Position numbers and translations under genes: made by a program. DNA of 64,000 nt, taken from positions 12,505 through 76,504 of the forward strand of contig JBAZZE010000002.1 in the NCBI GenBank assembly GCA_041658955.1, written 5' to 3'. Position 1 is the stretch's first letter. Every line of letters starts with the position of its first letter. Positions 58,264-64,000 of this stretch are shown here, piece by piece. Source of the DNA: Candidatus Shapirobacteria bacterium (GTDB lineage: Bacteria; Patescibacteriota; Microgenomatia; UBA12405). The notes under the pieces are model-generated. The model had not been told where the DNA came from. It made no database searches and was given only the letters and a program-made list of their open reading frames with translations.

Positions 58264-59544
58264 ATGATTAGTTTGTTTAATTATCCACCAACTGAGGAAC
58301 AAATTTGGATTCTGATGAAAGTGGGAATCGGCGGTGAAGCTGGGCTATTAGCTTTGCGGATATTGACAATTTTATTAACGGGAATAGTTTTGTGGTTGTG
58401 GTTTAGTAAACTCAAAAATATATTATCGATAAAAAGTTCGATATTAGCAGTTGGCTTGCTTTTAATATCCCCCACAATGTGGGTGTTATGTTGGTCATAT
58501 CCGTTAATGATAGTAAAAATAGCTGTAGTGCTTTTGATACTGTCATATTTAAAAACCAAATGGTGGGTGGTGGTACTTATATTACTAGGAATTGGATTTT
58601 ATAATGTGAAATTCCTTAAACAAAATCCGGCAATATTATCGAAGATAACTATGGCTGATGCCAAAAATGAAGTAAATATGAGATTTATGTCGGAGGATAG
58701 CTTGCGAATAAAAATGGAATTACCTTTGTGGTGGCGACGAATAGGTTATAACAAAATTTTTATTACTTATCGTGAGGTTTTGGCTGAAGCTTTACCTTTT
58801 CTTGATTTGGAAACTCTTTATTTTCAGGAAGTACATCCGATGGAGCAAAAGTCAGTGGTTTTGTTTTATTGGCCGGAAGTTTTTATATTAGTAATCGGAA
58901 TTTATTTTTGGGTCACTTCAAAGATAAATAAAAACGCTATGAACATGCTGGTAATTTTGATACTAATTGCTTTTACTGATTATTTATTTTCAAATACGGT
59001 GGTATACCAACGATTTATTTTGATGTTAATTCCACTGTCTTTAATTATGGCGACTGGTGCTGAAAAAATATTGACTAATAATAAATATATCGGTGGATTG
59101 GTGACTATGGTGGTGCTGTATGCAGTCTATGTTAATGGTTATGACATTACTCACCGAGCTGACTTTTGGCTAGACAATCGTCCGTTAGTCTATAAATCTT
59201 GGTATGCCGGAATCAGAACTCTTGGTGTTGAAAATTATCCAAAAATTTATATTTCAACCCTGATCGGTAACAGTGATAATTACTGTTGGTTTTATCTTGG
59301 AGAACAATGTAAGTCTGAAAGGTTCGTATTCAATAGTTTTGATCTTTCTAAGGGTAATATTGATAATGGTCTATATGCTGGGTTTACAGGTGAATTTGTT
59401 GGCCCAAGATTTAAAAATGATTTTAATACTGATTGGGAAACCCAACTCCCATCATTGGGACTGACTTTAATTTCAAAAGAAAATATTCGAGATACTGTGG
59501 CGTACAAGTATGGTAACGATATTGGTTTAGTGGTCAAAAAATGA
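58264..59544 (+). CDS. degenerate ArnT-like membrane protein lacking the N-terminal DE loop
   Basis: 426 aa; remnants LALRI, ISP, YNK, FLD.E.L.F, LFYW.E....IGI are collinear with neighbouring paralogs. Confidence 0.6.
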   Translation: MISLFNYPPTEEQIWILMKVGIGGEAGLLALRILTILLTGIVLWLWFSKLKNILSIKSSILAVGLLLISPTMWVLCWSYPLMIVKIAVVLLILSYLKTKWWVVVLILLGIGFYNVKFLKQNPAILSKITMADAKNEVNMRFMSEDSLRIKMELPLWWRRIGYNKIFITYREVLAEALPFLDLETLYFQEVHPMEQKSVVLFYWPEVFILVIGIYFWVTSKINKNAMNMLVILILIAFTDYLFSNTVVYQRFILMLIPLSLIMATGAEKILTNNKYIGGLVTMVVLYAVYVNGYDITHRADFWLDNRPLVYKSWYAGIRTLGVENYPKIYISTLIGNSDNYCWFYLGEQCKSERFVFNSFDLSKGNIDNGLYAGFTGEFVGPRFKNDFNTDWETQLPSLGLTLISKENIRDTVAYKYGNDIGLVVKK

Positions 59545-61193
59545 AATCAAAGATAGCTATTATAATCGTGGTGGTAACGATGGTGTTGGGAATAATCTTA
59601 CGGTTTACTGGACTTGATAAGTCCCCTCCCTCACTAGGATTTGATGAAGCAGCTCTTGGTTACAATGCTTATTCACTTTTACTTACCGGAAAAGATGAAT
59701 ATGGAAATTTTTTACCAATATCTTTACGCTCCTTTAATGATTTTAAACCGGCTTTATATGGGTATTTGACTATTCCTTTTATTAAAGTGTTTGGTCTAAA
59801 TGAATCGTCAGTACGAATGGTGTCGGCTGTGGCAGGGATTGTGTCATTGTGGTTTTTATATAAATTTTTGTCAGTTTTTATAAAGGACAAACTAGTTTGT
59901 AGCTTAGTATTTTTATGGCTGTCTTTTGAACCGTGGAGACTGCATTTTTCCAGAAACGCTTTTGAGACACATCTCTCATCAGCATTCTTTTTAATGGGTG
60001 CTTATTTTTTAATAAAAAATAAAAAGATACTTTGGAGTTTATTGTTCTTTGGTCTGTCTGCCTATAGCTATCATTCGGCTCGATTGAGTGTGCCAATGTT
60101 GATAGTACTTTGGGGAATAGACCCTTTAAAATGGTTTTGGATGGATAGTGTCAAGGAAATGGTTACCTCAGTTTGGAATGGAGTAACTAAAATGTGGTGG
60201 ATACTGGCACTATTTATTATTATAGTCATTCCAGTATTTATGGCCAATAGTAGTTTGGTGTTGACTCGATTTAATCAAGAAAACGTATTCAAAAGATTTT
60301 ATCCATACGCACCAAAAGAATTTGTACAAGGTATAAACCCCTTTTTGTCGTTTAACTCAAATGCTTTGTATTACTTTGGAGGAATCATAAGTGGTCATGT
60401 GATGTCTTACTTCTCTCCGATTAATTTGAATTCGAGAATATACGCTTGGGTAAAAATGTCACCACAATTTATACCGGGAATGGGGATGTTGGGATGGATT
60501 GAAGGAGTAGTGTTTTTATTTGGGTTGGTAGTGGTCTTTAAAAACCTAAGAAAATCTTTTGAACACCGCTATCTTATTTATTGGATGATTTCTGGAATTG
60601 CTCCGGCGGCGGTTACTTGGACTTGGTATCACCCATTACGTTCTTTAAATATATTTCCGGCGATTGAAATAATAGTGGCCCTGGGAGCGGTGGAGATATT
60701 AAGGATGATTAAAAACAAGCTGTGGTATGTCTTAATCGCTGTTATTTTAATAATAAGTGTGGTTTACACTATTAATAACGAATTGCTTTATAGTGCCTAT
60801 GAAAACCATGGTGAATATCAACCGGGAGGTTTTAGAGAAGGAATGATGACTCTAAAAGAATTATCAAAAGATTATGATCAAGTAATAATTGATTCTCCTC
60901 ATGCCCAGAGCTTTATATTTGTACTTTTTTATCAAAAAATTGATCCAAATATTGTCCATAAATATGCAGATATTCGACCCAAGCCGGGGGTGGAGGGAAA
61001 TTTAAACTTTAACTTTGAGAAATTTGTTTTTAGACCAATTGATTGGCCCAAGGATAGGAATCTGAAGAAAACGATTATTTGGACTGATGACACGATGAGT
61101 AAAGAAGAGATTGAGGCCATTCCAGGTGCTAAACTACGTATGGTAGTGCCGAACGCTTTATATGACACTGCTAGAATAATAACCATCGAATAA
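59541..61193 (+). CDS. ArnT/PMT-like GT-C glycosyltransferase
   Basis: DEAALGYNAYSLL.TG.DE.G, SFNDFKP, PWRLHFSR, YHSAR. Confidence 0.85.
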   Translation: MKSKIAIIIVVVTMVLGIILRFTGLDKSPPSLGFDEAALGYNAYSLLLTGKDEYGNFLPISLRSFNDFKPALYGYLTIPFIKVFGLNESSVRMVSAVAGIVSLWFLYKFLSVFIKDKLVCSLVFLWLSFEPWRLHFSRNAFETHLSSAFFLMGAYFLIKNKKILWSLLFFGLSAYSYHSARLSVPMLIVLWGIDPLKWFWMDSVKEMVTSVWNGVTKMWWILALFIIIVIPVFMANSSLVLTRFNQENVFKRFYPYAPKEFVQGINPFLSFNSNALYYFGGIISGHVMSYFSPINLNSRIYAWVKMSPQFIPGMGMLGWIEGVVFLFGLVVVFKNLRKSFEHRYLIYWMISGIAPAAVTWTWYHPLRSLNIFPAIEIIVALGAVEILRMIKNKLWYVLIAVILIISVVYTINNELLYSAYENHGEYQPGGFREGMMTLKELSKDYDQVIIDSPHAQSFIFVLFYQKIDPNIVHKYADIRPKPGVEGNLNFNFEKFVFRPIDWPKDRNLKKTIIWTDDTMSKEEIEAIPGAKLRMVVPNALYDTARIITIE

Positions 61194-61194
61194 G

Positions 61195-62415
61195 ATGAGA
61201 AAAATATTGTTATTGGCGGCGACATTATATTTACTGGTAGCACCTTTCACTTATCATCCTGATAATAAACTGGTACTGTACTACGCAACTCTAGGTAACG
61301 GAAAAGTTTGGGATATCTATAGCTACCTCAATACAAATTATGATGCTGCTCCGAAGTTCCACTATCCACCAATGCATTATTGGGTGGTGAAAGCAGAATA
61401 CCCGCTAGTTAGACTGGTTGGTGGAAAGGGAATTGAAAATTGGTTAAGACGAGGGGCAAACGAGGCTTTTGATGACCCTAATATATTTATATATAATTTG
61501 GCAACAAAACTGCCTATCTTAGGATTGGTGCTGCTAACCGGTTGGTTAATATTCAAAATCTGTTTGCAACAGGGATTTAATAATTACAAATCGAGGTGGG
61601 CGGCTGCTATATGGTTGTTTAATCCAATTATTTTTTATAGTGCTATTGTCATGGGACAAAACGACATGTTGGCGATTGCTCCGTTTATGGTGGGTTGGTA
61701 CTTGATGAGTTCATATCCTTGGGTAGCGTTTGCAATATTCGGAATAGCTAGTGGAATAAAAACATACCCGTTAATATGGGCAATATATTTGGCATTTACT
61801 TATGTAAAGTTCCCCATTTGGAAACGACTTGGACTAGTTATGGTCAGTATAGGTATCTATTATCTGACAATGGCACCATTTTTGAGATATGAATACTTTA
61901 GGACTGATGTTTTGTATTCTGGTTTGGCGACACGGATGTTTGAAGCTGGAATTGATATTGGACTGGGTGATAGAGTACTGATTGTGCCACTACTATTGGG
62001 AATACTTTTGTTGGTGGCTATAAGTAAAAAAATAGGTAAATCATTTGTGAATACTGCTAAATTATTGGTCGCAGTTAATTTAATCATTTTAGGTTTTATC
62101 CATTTTCATCCCCAGTGGTTTATTTGGATAGTACCTTTCTTATCGATATATCTTGCATCACATAAAAAAGATTTTTTGAGTTTATGGCTTTTATTGGGAG
62201 TTATGGTTGGAGTGGTGTTGCTTTTTGATGATAAGTTTTTATACTGGGGACTATTGAGTCCTTTAAACAATGGACTGTTAAACTTGCCTTTAATTCGTGA
62301 TGTATTGGTTGCTAAAGGCATGGATGTGATGTTGCTGTCGAATTTACTACATACTTTGGCAGCGGCTGTTGGTGGTTATTGGTTTTGGAAAGTATTAAGT
62401 GAAAAGAACAAATAG
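61195..62415 (+). CDS. GT87/PIG-M-like (GT-C) membrane glycosyltransferase
   Basis: YHPD, HYPP, KLP, WLFNP......GQND, IK.YP, HPQWF.W..PF. Confidence 0.72.
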   Translation: MRKILLLAATLYLLVAPFTYHPDNKLVLYYATLGNGKVWDIYSYLNTNYDAAPKFHYPPMHYWVVKAEYPLVRLVGGKGIENWLRRGANEAFDDPNIFIYNLATKLPILGLVLLTGWLIFKICLQQGFNNYKSRWAAAIWLFNPIIFYSAIVMGQNDMLAIAPFMVGWYLMSSYPWVAFAIFGIASGIKTYPLIWAIYLAFTYVKFPIWKRLGLVMVSIGIYYLTMAPFLRYEYFRTDVLYSGLATRMFEAGIDIGLGDRVLIVPLLLGILLLVAISKKIGKSFVNTAKLLVAVNLIILGFIHFHPQWFIWIVPFLSIYLASHKKDFLSLWLLLGVMVGVVLLFDDKFLYWGLLSPLNNGLLNLPLIRDVLVAKGMDVMLLSNLLHTLAAAVGGYWFWKVLSEKNK

Positions 62416-62986
62416 ACCTCTTCGAATATTTGTTGTTCTATTGGGAATAATGTTGTTTTTGGCTGGGTTATTTTTGGTGGTGTCAGTGATACCCTCAAAA
62501 GTTACGGTTGAAAACTTTAGGCTATATTCCACTTTATTCCCTAATTTATCGGAAAAGCAAAAATTTGAAGCCAATTTTGTATCTATTTATCCTGGTTTGG
62601 AGCGGATTGATGTATTGTTCAAAAACCCAAATTTAGAAAGTCGGGATGAGTTGAAAATAAAAATATTGAGAAATAGCGGTGAGATAGTTTATCAACAGGA
62701 CTTTTCGGGATTTAATTTTGGTGATACTTCACATGCTAGACTCGATTTTCCAAAAGGAACCGTAAGAAAAGGAGAAAACTTGTCGGTGTTAGTTGAATTG
62801 ACCAAGGTAATCGATGGGAAATTAATGGTGGGAACAAAAAATGGTGAATTGAATTTTATTCAATACTACAATTCGAATACTGCTGGCGCTGTAGTGGGTA
62901 GAATGGTGAATACTTTGAACAAGGTTGTTGGTCAGCCTATTGTGGTTTTGTTACCAATAGCTTTTGGAGTGATGACAATATGGTAG
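62399..62986 (+). CDS. hypothetical membrane-anchored protein (two TMs, beta-rich extracytoplasmic domain)
   Basis: 195 aa, coupled on both sides; L.RID..FKNPNL.SR, NFGD...RLDF; GTG start. Confidence 0.7.
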   Translation: MKRTNRPLRIFVVLLGIMLFLAGLFLVVSVIPSKVTVENFRLYSTLFPNLSEKQKFEANFVSIYPGLERIDVLFKNPNLESRDELKIKILRNSGEIVYQQDFSGFNFGDTSHARLDFPKGTVRKGENLSVLVELTKVIDGKLMVGTKNGELNFIQYYNSNTAGAVVGRMVNTLNKVVGQPIVVLLPIAFGVMTIW

Positions 62987-64000
62987 CTATTATCAAAAAG
63001 AATATTTGGCTAATTTTAATCTTATTTTTGGCGATTGGGTTGCGGATGTATCGGTTGGATTATCTTGAATTATTTGGCGACGAAGTTGATGCTGGATATC
63101 AAAGTTATTCGATATTATTACACGCTAAAGATTATCGAGGAAATTGGCTGCCACCATATATGGAAAGTTTTTCAGAATGGAGAGCGCCAGGATTGATGTA
63201 TACAATGGTGCCGTTTATTAAACTATTGGGATTGAATGAATGGGGAGTGCGGATGCCGTCGGTCTTTTTTGGAGTGGTGTCTATAGTCGGGTTTTATTGG
63301 CTGTTACTAAGATTAAAAGCGTCCAAAAAAGTAGCTTTATGGTCAGTATTGTTTTTAGCCATTTCTCCGTGGCATATCCAATATAGCCGATCGGCTTTTG
63401 AACTGACACTACTATCGGCAATGTTGGTATGGGGTATGGGTTATTTACATAAGGGAATTATTGAAAAGAAAAATATTTATGTTGTATGGTCAGCTCTGGT
63501 ATTTTCTATCTCTATTTATACCTACAATACGGCTAATATTTATGTTCCATTATTTTGTATAGTGATGCTAATTCTGTTTAGAGCTAACTTAAAACAAGCT
63601 TTTGTTTTGATAGTTTCCGGGGCGATTATTTGTCTACCACTTATATACCAAATAGTCTTTGGTCATGCCGCAGAGAGGTTTTCAAAAGTATCAATTACCA
63701 ATAATAAAGAAGTAGTGGCAATGATAAATGATTATCGAAATGCTGATAACTCGTCACTGATGTCAAAAGTATTTTTTAATAAGTACACGGTATCGATAAG
63801 ACGAGTCTTGTTTAACTATACAAATGCATTTTCAGGAGACTTTTTGTTTAGAACTGGAGATGTAACTTTTAGACATTCACTCCATCAAGTAGGATATTTG
63901 TATTGGGTGATGTTGCCACTAATAATCATTGGATTATTAAGTGCCAATAAATATATGGTGATGTGGCTATTGATTGCTCCCATACCTTCTAGCCTGACTT
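62980..64000 (+). CDS. ArnT/PMT-like GT-C glycosyltransferase (GYQ subtype), 3' end outside window
   Basis: Not in ORF track; read by hand from ATG 62980: MVAIIKKNIW...LFGDEVDAGYQSYS...SFSEWRAP...VRMPS...SPWHIQYSR. Confidence 0.88.
   Translation, partial: MVAIIKKNIWLILILFLAIGLRMYRLDYLELFGDEVDAGYQSYSILLHAKDYRGNWLPPYMESFSEWRAPGLMYTMVPFIKLLGLNEWGVRMPSVFFGVVSIVGFYWLLLRLKASKKVALWSVLFLAISPWHIQYSRSAFELTLLSAMLVWGMGYLHKGIIEKKNIYVVWSALVFSISIYTYNTANIYVPLFCIVMLILFRANLKQAFVLIVSGAIICLPLIYQIVFGHAAERFSKVSITNNKEVVAMINDYRNADNSSLMSKVFFNKYTVSIRRVLFNYTNAFSGDFLFRTGDVTFRHSLHQVGYLYWVMLPLIIIGLLSANKYMVMWLLIAPIPSSLT

Noticed and set aside
1297-62321. About 55 short ORFs (60-154 aa) in the track that lie antisense or out of frame within longer genes, e.g. 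3554-3877, 6061-6525, 20932-21345, 36267-36710
   Set aside because: Almost entirely overlapped by well-supported genes, no recognisable motifs; typical shadow ORFs
50331-64000. Lipid A L-Ara4N modification / polymyxin resistance (arnT)
   Set aside because: No arnABCDEF or lpx genes; ArnT-like is only a fold-level label here
1-64000. CRISPR array, IS/integrase, prophage, DGR, alternative genetic code
   Set aside because: No regularly spaced repeats or mobile-element ORFs seen; genes are full length under code 11 with TGA used as stop

Overview
The window is one uninterrupted, very gene-dense cell-surface glycosylation locus of about 57 CDS, open at both edges. No rRNA, tRNA, CRISPR or transposase was found. 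It encodes about 12 GT2 genes, 8 stand-alone GT4 genes and a GT2-GT2-GT4 fusion, about 12 polytopic GT-C-type transferases (an ArnT/PMT-like tandem array at 50-64 kb, a TMTC-like TPR protein, YfhO-like and GT87-like proteins) and an O-antigen-ligase-like protein. It also has Wzm/Wzt, gmd/fcl, two galE, two acyltransferases, several SAM methyltransferases and five cobalamin-domain radical SAM enzymes. Gene style (overlapping ORFs, tiny spacers, no Shine-Dalgarno, code 11, these protein families) suggests a Patescibacteria/CPR genome of Microgenomates type; this is inference. The most notable signals are: (1) five B12-type radical SAM enzymes interleaved with glycosyl- and methyltransferases next to a TMTC-like transferase, a candidate undescribed radical glycan-tailoring system; (2) a short palindromic repeat family with three copies, two of them translated in the same frame (SLR...NLK) inside enzymes; (3) -10 boxes 6-8 nt before nearly every operon-leading start codon, implying leaderless and often bidirectional promoters; (4) an AT-rich, skew-inverted cassette at about 16.4-24.9 kb.
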